From assembly GCF_046105845.1 (NCBI RefSeq), contig NZ_CP151004.1: a DNA stretch of 64,000 bases; one strand, 5' to 3'. The first letter of the stretch is position 1. Every line of letters starts with the position of its first letter. This document shows, piece after piece, positions 32,436 through 46,233 of the stretch. The stretch comes from Escherichia coli. Its GTDB lineage: Bacteria > Pseudomonadota > Gammaproteobacteria > Enterobacterales > Enterobacteriaceae. Below the pieces are notes generated by a model. That model did no database searches. It was not told the DNA's origin and was given only the letters and a program-made list of their open reading frames with translations. The translations under genes were made by a program, and so were the position numbers.

Positions 32436-33434
32436 ATGAATAAGAAGGTGTTAACCCTATCTGCTGTGATGGCCAGCATGTTATTCGGTGCCGCTGCACA
32501 CGCTGCTGATACTCGCATTGGTGTAACAATCTATAAGTACGACGATAACTTTATGTCTGTAGTGCGCAAGGCTATTGAGCAAGATGCGAAAGCCGCGCCA
32601 GATGTTCAGCTGCTGATGAATGATTCTCAGAATGACCAGTCCAAGCAGAACGATCAGATCGACGTATTGCTGGCGAAAGGGGTGAAGGCACTGGCAATCA
32701 ACCTGGTTGACCCGGCAGCTGCGGGTACGGTGATTGAGAAAGCGCGTGGGCAAAACGTGCCGGTGGTTTTCTTCAACAAAGAACCGTCTCGTAAGGCGCT
32801 GGATAGCTACGACAAAGCCTACTACGTTGGCACTGACTCCAAAGAGTCCGGCATTATTCAGGGCGATTTGATTGCTAAACACTGGGCGGCGAATCAGGGT
32901 TGGGATCTGAACAAAGACGGTCAGATTCAGTTCGTACTGCTGAAAGGTGAGCCGGGCCATCCGGATGCAGAAGCACGTACCACTTACGTGATTAAAGAAT
33001 TAAACGACAAAGGCATCAAAACTGAACAGTTACAGTTAGATACCGCTATGTGGGATACCGCTCAGGCGAAAGATAAGATGGACGCCTGGCTGTCTGGCCC
33101 GAACGCCAACAAAATCGAAGTGGTTATCGCCAACAACGATGCGATGGCAATGGGCGCGGTAGAAGCACTGAAAGCACACAACAAGTCCAGCATTCCGGTG
33201 TTTGGCGTCGATGCGCTGCCAGAAGCGCTGGCGCTGGTGAAATCCGGTGCACTGGCGGGCACCGTACTGAACGATGCTAACAACCAGGCGAAAGCGACCT
33301 TTGATTTGGCGAAAAACCTGGCCGATGGCAAAGGTGCGGCTGATGGCACCAACTGGAAAATCGACAACAAAGTGGTCCGCGTACCTTATGTTGGCGTAGA
33401 TAAAGACAACCTGGCTGAATTCAGCAAGAAATAA
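32436..33434 (+). CDS. mglB: Periplasmic galactose/glucose-binding protein
   Basis: 332-aa ORF with a signal peptide (…FGAAAHA↓AD) and periplasmic-binding-protein fold. Confidence 0.93.
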   Translation: MNKKVLTLSAVMASMLFGAAAHAADTRIGVTIYKYDDNFMSVVRKAIEQDAKAAPDVQLLMNDSQNDQSKQNDQIDVLLAKGVKALAINLVDPAAAGTVIEKARGQNVPVVFFNKEPSRKALDSYDKAYYVGTDSKESGIIQGDLIAKHWAANQGWDLNKDGQIQFVLLKGEPGHPDAEARTTYVIKELNDKGIKTEQLQLDTAMWDTAQAKDKMDAWLSGPNANKIEVVIANNDAMAMGAVEALKAHNKSSIPVFGVDALPEALALVKSGALAGTVLNDANNQAKATFDLAKNLADGKGAADGTNWKIDNKVVRVPYVGVDKDNLAEFSKK

Positions 33435-33442
33435 GACTGATT

Positions 33443-33465
33443 GGGCGCAGTCGTTTGCTGCGCCC
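33443..33465 (+). terminator. Intercistronic stem-loop between mglB and mglA
   Basis: gggcgcag-tcgtttg-ctgcgccc followed by ttattg; GC-rich 8-bp stem, short T stretch, so likely a partial terminator or RNA-stability element. Confidence 0.55.
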
Positions 33466-33494
33466 TTATTGTATGGCCAACAAGGTAAAATTAT

Positions 33495-35015
33495 ATGGTC
33501 AGCTCAACGACTCCGTCTTCCGGAGAATACTTGTTGGAAATGAGCGGTATCAACAAGTCTTTTCCTGGTGTTAAGGCACTTGATAACGTTAATTTAAAAG
33601 TCCGGCCACATTCTATCCATGCATTAATGGGGGAAAACGGCGCAGGAAAATCAACATTATTAAAATGCCTGTTTGGTATTTATCAAAAAGACTCCGGCAC
33701 CATTTTATTCCAGGGTAAAGAGATCGATTTCCATTCTGCCAAAGAAGCGCTGGAAAATGGTATTTCGATGGTACACCAGGAGTTAAACCTGGTATTACAA
33801 CGTTCGGTGATGGATAACATGTGGCTGGGGCGATATCCCACCAAAGGCATGTTTGTCGATCAGGACAAAATGTACCGCGAAACCAAAGCGATTTTTGATG
33901 AACTGGATATTGATATCGATCCGCGTGCGCGCGTCGGCACATTATCCGTTTCGCAAATGCAGATGATCGAAATCGCCAAAGCGTTTTCCTATAACGCGAA
34001 AATTGTGATTATGGATGAACCGACTTCTTCGTTAACCGAAAAAGAAGTTAATCATCTGTTTACTATTATTCGTAAATTAAAAGAGCGCGGCTGTGGTATT
34101 GTTTATATCTCACATAAAATGGAAGAAATCTTCCAGTTATGTGATGAAGTTACCGTATTGCGCGACGGTCAGTGGATCGCCACTGAACCGCTGGCAGGAC
34201 TGACGATGGACAAGATCATCGCCATGATGGTTGGGCGTTCTCTTAACCAACGTTTCCCTGACAAAGAAAACAAGCCGGGCGAAGTGATTCTTGAAGTGCG
34301 TAACCTGACGTCGCTGCGCCAGCCGTCGATTCGCGATGTCTCGTTTGATCTGCATAAAGGGGAGATCCTCGGTATTGCCGGTCTGGTGGGGGCGAAACGT
34401 ACCGATATTGTTGAGACGTTATTTGGTATTCGCGAGAAATCGGCTGGCACTATTACGTTGCACGGCAAAAAGATCAATAACCATAATGCCAACGAAGCCA
34501 TAAACCACGGATTTGCACTGGTAACTGAGGAGCGCCGCTCAACGGGAATTTATGCCTATCTGGATATCGGTTTTAACTCGTTAATTTCCAATATCCGCAA
34601 CTATAAAAACAAAGTTGGCTTGCTGGATAACTCGCGGATGAAAAGCGATACCCAGTGGGTGATTGACTCGATGCGGGTAAAAACACCGGGTCATCGGACG
34701 CAAATTGGTTCGCTCTCCGGTGGTAATCAGCAAAAGGTGATTATTGGTCGCTGGCTACTAACGCAACCAGAAATATTAATGCTCGATGAACCGACGCGCG
34801 GTATTGATGTCGGGGCGAAGTTTGAGATCTATCAGTTAATTGCCGAACTGGCGAAGAAAGGCAAGGGGATTATTATTATCTCCTCTGAAATGCCTGAGTT
34901 GTTAGGGATAACAGACCGTATTCTGGTTATGAGCAATGGTCTCGTTTCCGGAATTGTCGATACAAAAACAACAACGCAAAACGAAATTCTGCGTCTTGCG
35001 TCTTTGCACCTTTAA
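33495..35015 (+). CDS. mglA: Galactose/methyl-galactoside ABC transporter ATPase
   Basis: 506-aa ORF with duplicated ABC cassettes (Walker [10 protein letters not shown]; signature LSGGNQQK). Confidence 0.93.
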   Translation: MVSSTTPSSGEYLLEMSGINKSFPGVKALDNVNLKVRPHSIHALMGENGAGKSTLLKCLFGIYQKDSGTILFQGKEIDFHSAKEALENGISMVHQELNLVLQRSVMDNMWLGRYPTKGMFVDQDKMYRETKAIFDELDIDIDPRARVGTLSVSQMQMIEIAKAFSYNAKIVIMDEPTSSLTEKEVNHLFTIIRKLKERGCGIVYISHKMEEIFQLCDEVTVLRDGQWIATEPLAGLTMDKIIAMMVGRSLNQRFPDKENKPGEVILEVRNLTSLRQPSIRDVSFDLHKGEILGIAGLVGAKRTDIVETLFGIREKSAGTITLHGKKINNHNANEAINHGFALVTEERRSTGIYAYLDIGFNSLISNIRNYKNKVGLLDNSRMKSDTQWVIDSMRVKTPGHRTQIGSLSGGNQQKVIIGRWLLTQPEILMLDEPTRGIDVGAKFEIYQLIAELAKKGKGIIIISSEMPELLGITDRILVMSNGLVSGIVDTKTTTQNEILRLASLHL

Positions 35016-35030
35016 GATTAGGGGCTTCCC

Positions 35031-36041
35031 ATGAGTGCGTTAAATAAGAAAAGTTTTCTTACTTACCTGAAAGAGGGCGGTATTTACGTCGTTCTTTTAG
35101 TTTTGCTGGCAATTATTATTTTCCAGGACCCAACATTTTTAAGTCTGTTGAACTTAAGTAATATTCTCACCCAGTCATCGGTGCGTATTATTATCGCGCT
35201 CGGTGTGGCAGGGTTAATTGTCACCCAGGGGACCGACCTTTCTGCAGGTCGCCAGGTGGGGCTGGCGGCAGTAGTAGCGGCGACGTTATTGCAGTCCATG
35301 GATAACGCCAACAAAGTGTTCCCGGAAATGGCGACGATGCCGATTGCGCTGGTTATTCTGATTGTCTGTGCCATTGGTGCGGTGATCGGTTTGATCAACG
35401 GCCTGATTATCGCTTATCTCAACGTGACGCCGTTCATTACCACGCTCGGCACGATGATCATCGTCTATGGCATCAACTCGCTCTATTACGACTTTGTCGG
35501 GGCGTCGCCAATTTCTGGTTTTGACAGTGGCTTCTCTACCTTTGCTCAGGGCTTTGTCGCGCTGGGGAGTTTCCGTCTCTCTTACATCACCTTCTACGCG
35601 CTGATTGCGGTGGCGTTCGTCTGGGTGTTGTGGAACAAAACCCGCTTCGGCAAGAACATTTTTGCTATCGGCGGTAACCCGGAAGCGGCGAAAGTTTCTG
35701 GTGTCAACGTCGGCCTGAACCTGCTGATGATCTACGCGTTGTCTGGTGTGTTCTATGCCTTCGGCGGGATGTTAGAAGCCGGACGTATCGGCTCTGCCAC
35801 CAACAACCTCGGCTTTATGTATGAGTTGGATGCTATCGCGGCGTGCGTGGTGGGCGGCGTATCGTTCAGCGGCGGTGTGGGGACGGTGATTGGTGTGGTG
35901 ACCGGGGTGATTATTTTTACCGTCATCAACTATGGCCTGACGTACATCGGCGTAAACCCATACTGGCAGTACATCATCAAAGGGGCGATTATTATCTTCG
36001 CCGTGGCGTTGGATTCACTGAAATACGCGCGTAAGAAGTGA
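35031..36041 (+). CDS. mglC: Galactose/methyl-galactoside ABC transporter permease
   Basis: 336-aa polytopic permease, last gene of mglBAC; followed by REP repeats. Confidence 0.93.
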   Translation: MSALNKKSFLTYLKEGGIYVVLLVLLAIIIFQDPTFLSLLNLSNILTQSSVRIIIALGVAGLIVTQGTDLSAGRQVGLAAVVAATLLQSMDNANKVFPEMATMPIALVILIVCAIGAVIGLINGLIIAYLNVTPFITTLGTMIIVYGINSLYYDFVGASPISGFDSGFSTFAQGFVALGSFRLSYITFYALIAVAFVWVLWNKTRFGKNIFAIGGNPEAAKVSGVNVGLNLLMIYALSGVFYAFGGMLEAGRIGSATNNLGFMYELDAIAACVVGGVSFSGGVGTVIGVVTGVIIFTVINYGLTYIGVNPYWQYIIKGAIIIFAVALDSLKYARKK

Positions 36042-36049
36042 TGTGATTG

Positions 36050-36111
36050 TGGGTATTGCCGGATGCGTCGCATCCGGCAATCGGTGCCAAATGCCGGATG
36101 CGTCGCTGGTT
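36050..36111. repeat. REP/BIME elements downstream of mglC and preA
   Basis: gccggatgcgtcgcatccggcaa and a second partial copy atgccggatgcgtcgc. Confidence 0.75.
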
Positions 36112-37347
36112 TTACAACGTTACCGGGTGTTCTTTCTCTCCCTTCTTAAACTTCACTTCTCCGAGATCAATACAACCCACCGGGCAGACGTGACCACAAA
36201 GCAGGCAACCAACACATTTCTCGGTATTACAATGCGGTGTACGGGTTTTCTCGCTCCATTCCATCGCCTGGTGACCGCCGTCGTAACAGGAAATATAACA
36301 GCGTCCACAGCCAACACATTTATCAAGATTGATATGGGGATAGACAATATAACTGCGGTCTAAATCTTCCGCGGGAACAATATTGTGATTCGCCAGACCT
36401 ACCATTTCCTGCAACGAATCAAACCCCTGATCGGCAAGATAATGTGACAACCCGCTCGCCATATCTTCCACTATCCGATACCCGTACTGCATAATGCCGG
36501 TGGTCACCTGCAACGTCGCTGCACCGAGCAATAAAAACTCTGCCGCATCTTCCCAGGTTTCAATACCGCCGATACCGCTGATCGGGAAATCGCGCAGCTC
36601 TGGATGGGTGCGCATTTGCTGAATAAAGCGCAGGGCGATCGGTTTTACCGCTTTACCGGAATATCCGGAAATACTCGATTTACCGTTAACGATCGGCATA
36701 CCGATTTTCTGATTAAGATCGATATTGGTGATGGATTTAACGGTGTTAATCGCCGCAATGCCATCTGCGCCGCCGCGCTTCGCCGCCAGCGCCACTTCGC
36801 ACATATCACCGATATTCGGCGTCATCTTCGCCAGCATTGGCAGCGTGGAACCACGTTTTACTGCCCGACAATATTTTTCTACCAGCTCCGGGCTTTGCCC
36901 GACATCGCTACCCATCGCATGAGAAGTCATTTGCGGACAGGAGAAGTTACACTCGATCATATCCGCGCCAGCTTCTTGCACCAGACGCGCCAGCTCTTCC
37001 CATTGCTGCTCATTTTCGCCCATGATTGAAGCGATCAATACTTTGTCCGGGTAATCTTCTTTCAGCCGACGCAGGGCGGCCAGATTATCTTCCAACGGAT
37101 GTTCAGCAATCTGCTCCATATTTTTGAAGCCGATAAAACCGGTATCTTCTTTCACCAGATGATCAAAACGCGGTGAGACTTCGTTGGCGATAAAAAAGCC
37201 GATCGTTTTAAACACCACGCCGCCCCAGCCAGTGTCGTAGGCTTTGGCACACATCTCATAGCAGTTGCCTACCGGCGAAGAAGAGAGGCAGAACGGGTTG
37301 GGAAACTTCACGCCGCAAAAAGTAATCGAAAGATCTTTCGTTAACAT
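36112..37347 (-). CDS. preA: NAD-dependent dihydropyrimidine dehydrogenase subunit PreA
   Basis: 411 aa from ATG 37347 (track starts at TTG 37353). DHOD-like TIM barrel plus two C-terminal 4Fe-4S ferredoxin Cys clusters (…[11 protein letters not shown]…, …[12 protein letters not shown]…). Confidence 0.9.
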   Translation of the reverse strand: MLTKDLSITFCGVKFPNPFCLSSSPVGNCYEMCAKAYDTGWGGVVFKTIGFFIANEVSPRFDHLVKEDTGFIGFKNMEQIAEHPLEDNLAALRRLKEDYPDKVLIASIMGENEQQWEELARLVQEAGADMIECNFSCPQMTSHAMGSDVGQSPELVEKYCRAVKRGSTLPMLAKMTPNIGDMCEVALAAKRGGADGIAAINTVKSITNIDLNQKIGMPIVNGKSSISGYSGKAVKPIALRFIQQMRTHPELRDFPISGIGGIETWEDAAEFLLLGAATLQVTTGIMQYGYRIVEDMASGLSHYLADQGFDSLQEMVGLANHNIVPAEDLDRSYIVYPHINLDKCVGCGRCYISCYDGGHQAMEWSEKTRTPHCNTEKCVGCLLCGHVCPVGCIDLGEVKFKKGEKEHPVTL

Positions 37348-38579
37348 GAGCAAGCTCCCTCTAAATAATGATGAATCGCCTCGGCGGCTTCTTTCCCGGT
37401 TTTCACGGCATAGACCACGGTTTTGTCACCCTCAACAATATCGCCAGCAGCAAAGACTTGCGGGTCGCGGGTCTGGTAATTTTGTGTATTGATGGTGTTA
37501 CGCTGCGGCTCTAACTCCGCAAAGGCATCCAGTCTGGCATGCTGACCGACGGCGAGAATAATTTTATCTGCCGCCATCGTCAGTTCGCCCGGTAACCGTA
37601 CATGCTTAAACGTGACTTTATTGCCTTCCACGGCTACTGGCGTGAATCCATCAATGATCGAAACGCCCAGCTCCCGGGCGCTGGCAAACTCTTTTTCGCT
37701 TGCCGGAAACTCATCTAACTCTTCACGCGCTACGCAAGTTACTGCCTGACAGCCGAGAACTTTCAGCGTGCTGGCTACGTCCATCGCGACATCACCGCCG
37801 CCGATAATTAATGCGCTTTGTGGAATGCTGATATCGCCTTGCGCCTGTCGTGCACGTTGCAAGAAGTCGACGGCAATCTCAACGTCGCTATGCTCAAACA
37901 GTGGTAGCCCCGAACCGCTCGATAACCCCACGGTGACCAGTACCGCGCGGTTTTCCGCTTTCAGCTGCTCCAGGGTGAGTGTTTTACCGATTTCGTTATT
38001 GCACTTAATGGTCACGCCCATTTTTTCAATACGGGCGATTTCTGCATCCAGTACTGATTGCGGTAACCGGAATTGCGGAATGCCGTTACGCAACCAGCCA
38101 CCGGCTTGTGCTTCTTTCTCATAGATCGTGACGTCATAACCCTGGTTTGTCAGTGTCACACTGGCCTGCAATCCGGCAGGACCCGCGCCAATAATGGCGA
38201 CTTTGCCGAGCGTTTTAGTACCGGGTTGATAAATTTCCATCCCAGTTTGTTGTTCAAAATCAGTAACAAAACGCTGTAAGCGACCGATATCAATGGGAGT
38301 ATCAACACCGGCACGGGTACAACCGCTTTGGCATAATTTCTCCGTCGGGCACACTCTGGCACAAACGGCACCGAGGGCATTATTTTCACGAATTGTCTCG
38401 GCAGCGCCTTTAAAATTACGAAAGTAGATTGAGCGAATAAATTTCCCCGGATCGGTCTGTGCCGGGCAAGCCTGACTACAGGGAGCGTCATGACATAATA
38501 AGCAGCGAGAGGCTTCTTTAATCGCCAGTAAAGGCGTAAAAGCCGGAGTGAGTTCATCCAGATAATTTTGTTGCGGCAT
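37341..38579 (-). CDS. preT: NAD-dependent dihydropyrimidine dehydrogenase subunit PreT
   Basis: 412-aa ORF with an N-terminal Cys cluster and FAD/NAD(P)-binding Rossmann motif (…IIGAGPAGL…). Its stop overlaps the preA start by 7 bp. Confidence 0.9.
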   Translation of the reverse strand: MPQQNYLDELTPAFTPLLAIKEASRCLLCHDAPCSQACPAQTDPGKFIRSIYFRNFKGAAETIRENNALGAVCARVCPTEKLCQSGCTRAGVDTPIDIGRLQRFVTDFEQQTGMEIYQPGTKTLGKVAIIGAGPAGLQASVTLTNQGYDVTIYEKEAQAGGWLRNGIPQFRLPQSVLDAEIARIEKMGVTIKCNNEIGKTLTLEQLKAENRAVLVTVGLSSGSGLPLFEHSDVEIAVDFLQRARQAQGDISIPQSALIIGGGDVAMDVASTLKVLGCQAVTCVAREELDEFPASEKEFASARELGVSIIDGFTPVAVEGNKVTFKHVRLPGELTMAADKIILAVGQHARLDAFAELEPQRNTINTQNYQTRDPQVFAAGDIVEGDKTVVYAVKTGKEAAEAIHHYLEGACSC

Positions 38580-38772
38580 GTGATCTTCCTTAATGCTATG
38601 AGTAATTAAGGCGAACGCTAAATAAATATTGCGTGCTGATATTAAGGCTATGCGCGTGGGGAAATTTAAACTGTGAAAGGATTCACAAATAGCTGCGGTT
38701 CAGAATGTTATATCCGCAGCTTATTGAGTGAAGTAATAATTATTCTCAATAATTAACAGAAAAGAGAAAATA

Positions 38773-40768
<1,996 letters not shown>

Positions 40769-40827
40769 GGCGTTGCCTCATAATCATGTAATGGGATAAC
40801 AGTTTACGAACCCGTTATGGCTTTATA

Positions 40828-40843
40828 TGTGATCTGAATCTCA
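40828..40843. promoter_or_regulatory. CRP site in the cdd promoter (proximal)
   Basis: TGTGAtctgaaTCTCA, 60-75 bp upstream of the cdd ATG on the reverse strand; cdd promoters carry tandem CRP sites. Confidence 0.6.
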
Positions 40844-40877
40844 TTAATTATGCAACGCGTGAAACTTACATCAAAAA

Positions 40878-40893
40878 TGCGCGACGCATCGCA
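40878..40893. promoter_or_regulatory. CRP-like site in the cdd promoter (distal)
   Basis: TGCGCgacgcaTCGCA, a degenerate CRP-type palindrome ~50 bp from the proximal site. Confidence 0.45.
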
Positions 40894-40897
40894 AATT

Positions 40898-42024
<1,127 letters not shown>

Positions 42025-42186
42025 TTAATTCGTAAAACGTGCTACCGATCACATTAAGAAATCAGCGCTTATTTTTTCGCTCCCGGGCATTACGCAATGA
42101 GCAGCGAACTCAGGCATACATCAAGCATAGAGAGGGATTGCAGTTTGCAGCAATCCCTCTTTGCAGACCTTTAATCCGCTGACCAT

Positions 42187-42214
42187 AGGCGCTAACATAG
42201 CGCCTCATTTTTTT
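42187..42214 (+). terminator. Terminator-like hairpin plus T-run in the dusC 5' leader
   Basis: aggcgcta-aca-tagcgcct followed by catttttttt, ending 12 nt before the dusC ATG. Hairpin then T-run only on the + strand. Confidence 0.5.
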
Positions 42215-42226
42215 GCGGGTGATGAT

Positions 42227-43174
42227 ATGCGTGTGTTACTGGCTCCGATGGAGGGTGTACTCGACTCTCTGGTGCGTGAATTGCTGACCGAAGTTAACGA
42301 CTACGATCTGTGCATCACCGAGTTTGTCCGCGTGGTGGATCAACTGCTGCCGGTAAAAGTCTTTCATCGCATTTGCCCTGAACTACAAAACGCCAGCCGG
42401 ACACCATCCGGTACGCTGGTGCGCGTGCAGTTGTTAGGCCAGTTCCCACAATGGCTGGCAGAGAACGCCGCCCGTGCAGTTGAGTTAGGTTCCTGGGGCG
42501 TGGATCTCAATTGCGGCTGCCCGTCGAAAACGGTTAACGGTAGCGGCGGTGGGGCGACGTTACTCAAAGATCCTGAACTCATCTATCAGGGTGCAAAAGC
42601 GATGCGCGAAGCTGTACCGGCGCATTTGCCCGTCAGCGTAAAAGTGCGTCTGGGCTGGGACAGCGGTGAGAAGAAATTTGAAATCGCCGATGCGGTGCAA
42701 CAGGCTGGTGCTACAGAGCTGGTGGTGCATGGGCGGACGAAAGAGCAGGGTTACCGCGCGGAGCATATTGACTGGCAGGCGATTGGCGAGATTCGCCAGC
42801 GGCTGAATATTCCGGTGATTGCCAACGGTGAAATCTGGGACTGGCAGAGTGCGCAACAATGCATGACGATCAGCGGATGCGACGCAGTGATGATTGGTCG
42901 CGGGGCGCTCAATATTCCCAACCTGAGCCGGGTGGTAAAATATAACGAACCGCGAATGCCGTGGCCGGAGGTGGTTGCTTTGCTGCAAAAATATACTCGT
43001 CTGGAAAAGCAGGGCGATACCGGGTTATATCACGTAGCGCGGATTAAACAGTGGTTGAGTTATTTGCGTAAAGAATACGATGAAGCAACGGAATTATTTC
43101 AGCATGTTCGGGTGTTGAATAATTCCCATGATATTGCAAGGGCTATTCAGGCAATTGATATCGAGAAACTCTAA
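42227..43174 (+). CDS. dusC: tRNA-dihydrouridine synthase C
   Basis: 315 aa from ATG 42227 ([13 protein letters not shown]…), Dus TIM-barrel flavoenzyme; the track ORF from 42161 is 5'-extended. Confidence 0.9.
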   Translation: MRVLLAPMEGVLDSLVRELLTEVNDYDLCITEFVRVVDQLLPVKVFHRICPELQNASRTPSGTLVRVQLLGQFPQWLAENAARAVELGSWGVDLNCGCPSKTVNGSGGGATLLKDPELIYQGAKAMREAVPAHLPVSVKVRLGWDSGEKKFEIADAVQQAGATELVVHGRTKEQGYRAEHIDWQAIGEIRQRLNIPVIANGEIWDWQSAQQCMTISGCDAVMIGRGALNIPNLSRVVKYNEPRMPWPEVVALLQKYTRLEKQGDTGLYHVARIKQWLSYLRKEYDEATELFQHVRVLNNSHDIARAIQAIDIEKL

Positions 43175-43239
43175 GAAACCATAGTGATGTTTTTTGACAA
43201 TGTGTTAGCTCTTTATCAATAGGCCGCACGGTTGTTTGG

Positions 43240-43445
43240 TGGCGTCAAAATCGCCGAGGCGTTCCCTGAAGGCCGGGGCAGCCCACATGGATGTGGGCTG
43301 AGGGCGCGTTTTACAGGGATGTTACCTCGCGCCCGACCCGGTAGCCGTAAGGGATAAGCCGAGGGCACCGCGCAGCGGCGATTTTGTTCGCCAGAGCCCG
43401 GGGGTGCAGGGGGCGGCGGCGATTGGCCGCCCCCTGCGCGCTCCT
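43240..43445. repeat. GC-rich multi-hairpin intergenic element (unclassified)
   Basis: Outer 11-bp inverted repeat caaaatcgccg (43246-43256) / cggcgattttg (43377-43387). Internal perfect hairpins at 43279-43300, 43302-43335 and 43407-43438. Confidence 0.6.
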
Positions 43446-43546
43446 TGCGCCAGTGATTATATGAAGCAATGCACATGACAGGAGCGCAACAGGATGAGAG
43501 ACTGAAATATTCTCGTTATTTTCGGATCTGATGACATTAATTAATT

Positions 43547-43630
43547 TTAAAATATCATCTTAAATACGCCAGTCACCACCAGTAGCCCAATCAGGAAAAT
43601 AATCAATACAGCCCAGAGTATAATTTTCAT
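43547..43630 (-). CDS. yohP: 27-aa single-TM small membrane protein
   Basis: Below the 60-aa track threshold; manual reverse-strand translation from ATG 43630 gives MKIILWAVLIIFLIGLLVVTGVFKMIF*. Confidence 0.7.
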   Translation of the reverse strand: MKIILWAVLIIFLIGLLVVTGVFKMIF

Positions 43631-43853
43631 TGGCGTTCCTTTATTTGTGAGTGCTGAATAAGTATAGGAAAAAACGAAGCCCTTTGCCGCTATCCATAAA
43701 CTATTAAGATAAATCGGAAGATATCATTCACTTAGTGTATATTTTTCTGGATATGTCGTTTTATTGCCACTGATGTATTGCCACGCGAAACTAAAAAATA
43801 TATCGCAACACACGGTAATCTCCGCGCACCTTTTCTTACCTGATTATTCCCCC

Positions 43854-45290
43854 ATGAATCGTGATTCTTTTTATCCCGCCATCGCCTGTTTTCCGCTGTT
43901 ACTGATGCTGGCCGGGTGTGCGCCTATGCATGAAACCCGCCAGGCGTTAAGCCAGCACACGCCCGCTTCACAAGTTGACACCGCATTACCCACGGCGCTG
44001 AAAAATGGTTGGCCAGACAGCCAATGGTGGCTGGAGTATCACGATAATCAACTCACTTCCTTAATTAATAACGCACTACAGAACGCACCGGATATGCAGG
44101 TGGCTGAACAACGCATTCAACTGGCTGAAGCCCAGGCGAAGGCAGTTGCCACTCAGGATGGTCCGCAGCTCGACTTTTCTGCGGATATGGAGCGACAAAA
44201 AATGTCGGCAGAAGGCTTAATGGGGCCGTTTGCTCTGAACGATCCGGCCGCAGGTACGACCGGTCCGTGGTACACCAACGGTACTTTTGGCTTAACGGCG
44301 GGCTGGCATCTCGATATCTGGGGAAAGAATAGGGCGGAGGTAACTGCTCGCCTGGGAACGGTTAAAGCACGGGCGGCGGAACGCGAGCAAACCCGCCAAT
44401 TGCTGGCTGGCAGCGTAGCCCGCCTGTACTGGGAGTGGCAAACCCAGGCGGCGTTAAACACTGTCTTACAGCAAATCGAAAAAGAGCAGAACACCATTAT
44501 CGCCACCGATCGCCAGCTATATCAGAACGGGATTACTTCTTCAGTTGAAGGTGTGGAAACCGATATTAATGCCAGCAAAACCCGGCAGCAGCTCGACGAT
44601 GTCGCGGGGAAAATGAAAATTATTGAGGCACGGTTAAGCGCACTTACAAATCACCAGACAAAGGCATTGAAGCTTAATCCGGTCGCGTTGCCGAAAGTGG
44701 CAAGCCAGCTTCCTGATGAACTGGGGTACTCCTTACTGGCGCGGCGGGCAGATTTGCAGGCGGCGCACTGGTACGTTGAGTCATCGTTAAGCACTATTGA
44801 TGCGGCAAAAGCGGCATTTTATCCTGACATCAACCTGATGGCCTTCCTGCAACAGGATGCGTTGCACTTAAGCGATCTGTTCCGTCATTCCGCGCAGCAA
44901 ATGGGCGTTACGGCAGGCCTGACGCTACCCATTTTCGATAGTGGTCGTCTTAACGCCAACCTCGATATCGCAAAAGCCGAAAGCAACTTGTCTATCGCCA
45001 GCTACAACAAAGCGGTGGTTGAAGCGGTGAATGACGTGGCGCAGGCAGCCAGTCAGGTTCAGACACTGGCGGAGAAAAACCAGCATCAGGCGCAAATTGA
45101 GCGCGATGCCTTGCGTGTAGTAGGTCTTGCGCAGGCGCGCTTTAACGCGGGCATCATTGCGGGTTCCCGCGTCAGCGAAGCCAGAATCCCCGCGCTGCGT
45201 GAGCGGGCCAATGGCCTGTTATTGCAAGGGCAGTGGCTGGATGCCTCCATTCAACTCACTGGTGCGTTGGGCGGGGGTTACAAACGTTGA
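43854..45290 (+). CDS. mdtQ: Outer-membrane-factor (TolC-like) efflux lipoprotein
   Basis: 478 aa from ATG 43854 (MNRDSFYPAIACFPLLLMLAGC, lipobox LAGC); the track ORF starts at 43764. The reading frame is uninterrupted in this window. Confidence 0.85.
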   Translation: MNRDSFYPAIACFPLLLMLAGCAPMHETRQALSQHTPASQVDTALPTALKNGWPDSQWWLEYHDNQLTSLINNALQNAPDMQVAEQRIQLAEAQAKAVATQDGPQLDFSADMERQKMSAEGLMGPFALNDPAAGTTGPWYTNGTFGLTAGWHLDIWGKNRAEVTARLGTVKARAAEREQTRQLLAGSVARLYWEWQTQAALNTVLQQIEKEQNTIIATDRQLYQNGITSSVEGVETDINASKTRQQLDDVAGKMKIIEARLSALTNHQTKALKLNPVALPKVASQLPDELGYSLLARRADLQAAHWYVESSLSTIDAAKAAFYPDINLMAFLQQDALHLSDLFRHSAQQMGVTAGLTLPIFDSGRLNANLDIAKAESNLSIASYNKAVVEAVNDVAQAASQVQTLAEKNQHQAQIERDALRVVGLAQARFNAGIIAGSRVSEARIPALRERANGLLLQGQWLDASIQLTGALGGGYKR

Positions 45291-45342
45291 TGATATGCGC
45301 CTTCTATACTTAACGTTTATTCAGCGTTAAGTGGAGAACTCG

Positions 45343-46104
45343 ATGGCACAGGTCGCGATTATTACCGCCTCCGATTCGGGGATCGGCAAAGAGTGCGCGT
45401 TATTACTGGCGCAGCAGGGGTTTGATATTGGTATTACCTGGCACTCTGATGAAGAAGGGGCAAAAGATACCGCGCGTGAGGTGGTTAGCCACGGCGTACG
45501 TGCGGAGATCGTGCAGCTGGATCTCGGCAATCTACCAGAAGGGGCACTGGCGCTGGAGAAACTCATTCAACGGCTGGGGCGTATTGATGTGCTGGTGAAT
45601 AATGCGGGCGCAATGACCAAAGCGCCGTTTCTTGATATGGCTTTCGATGAGTGGCGCAAGATTTTTACCGTTGATGTCGATGGTGCATTTTTATGCTCGC
45701 AAATTGCTGCCCGCCAGATGGTGAAACAAGGGCAGGGTGGTCGCATCATCAACATTACGTCGGTGCATGAACATACGCCGTTGCCGGATGCCAGCGCCTA
45801 CACAGCCGCTAAACATGCGCTCGGCGGGTTAACCAAAGCGATGGCGCTGGAGCTGGTCAGGCATAAGATTTTGGTGAATGCGGTTGCACCTGGGGCGATC
45901 GCCACGCCAATGAACGGCATGGATGATGGCGACGTGAAGCCCGGCGCGGAGCCTTCGATTCCCTTGCGGCGTTTTGGCGCAACGCATGAGATTGCCAGCC
46001 TGGTGATGTGGCTTTGTTCGGAGGGCGCAAATTACACCACTGGGCAGTCGTTGATAGTGGATGGCGGCTTTATGTTGGCGAATCCGCAGTTCAACCCAGA
46101 ATAG
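45343..46104 (+). CDS. yohF: Short-chain dehydrogenase/reductase
   Basis: 253 aa from ATG 45343 (MAQVAIITASDSGIGK…), SDR Rossmann motif. Confidence 0.88.
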   Translation: MAQVAIITASDSGIGKECALLLAQQGFDIGITWHSDEEGAKDTAREVVSHGVRAEIVQLDLGNLPEGALALEKLIQRLGRIDVLVNNAGAMTKAPFLDMAFDEWRKIFTVDVDGAFLCSQIAARQMVKQGQGGRIINITSVHEHTPLPDASAYTAAKHALGGLTKAMALELVRHKILVNAVAPGAIATPMNGMDDGDVKPGAEPSIPLRRFGATHEIASLVMWLCSEGANYTTGQSLIVDGGFMLANPQFNPE

Positions 46105-46147
46105 CGCAGTGAGGTGCGTGGTTATTTCATTGGGTAATATTTGGGTA

Positions 46148-46225
46148 GGCATGATAAGACGCACAAGCGTCGCATCAGGCATGGTGCACCGGATGTCGGA
46201 TGCGGCGCGAACGCCTTATCCTAGG
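46148..46225. repeat. REP/BIME cluster between yohF and yohD
   Basis: ggcatgataagacgcacaagcgtcgcatcaggca followed by ccggatgtcggatgcggcgcgaacgccttatcc: two REP-type palindromes. Confidence 0.75.
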
Positions 46226-46233
46226 CAATGGTT

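Noticed and set aside
36050-36111. REP/BIME repeat clusters (here and at 16760, 19950, 39847, 46148, 52998) as possible CRISPR arrays
   Set aside because: Units are imperfect palindromes of variable sequence without regularly spaced identical direct repeats, and there are no cas genes; they fit REP elements.
43216-43476. 86-aa reverse-strand ORF covering the GC-rich dusC–yohP spacer
   Set aside because: Pro/Gly/Arg/Ala-rich low-complexity translation with no recognizable domain, coincident with nested palindromes; best explained as a non-coding structured element.
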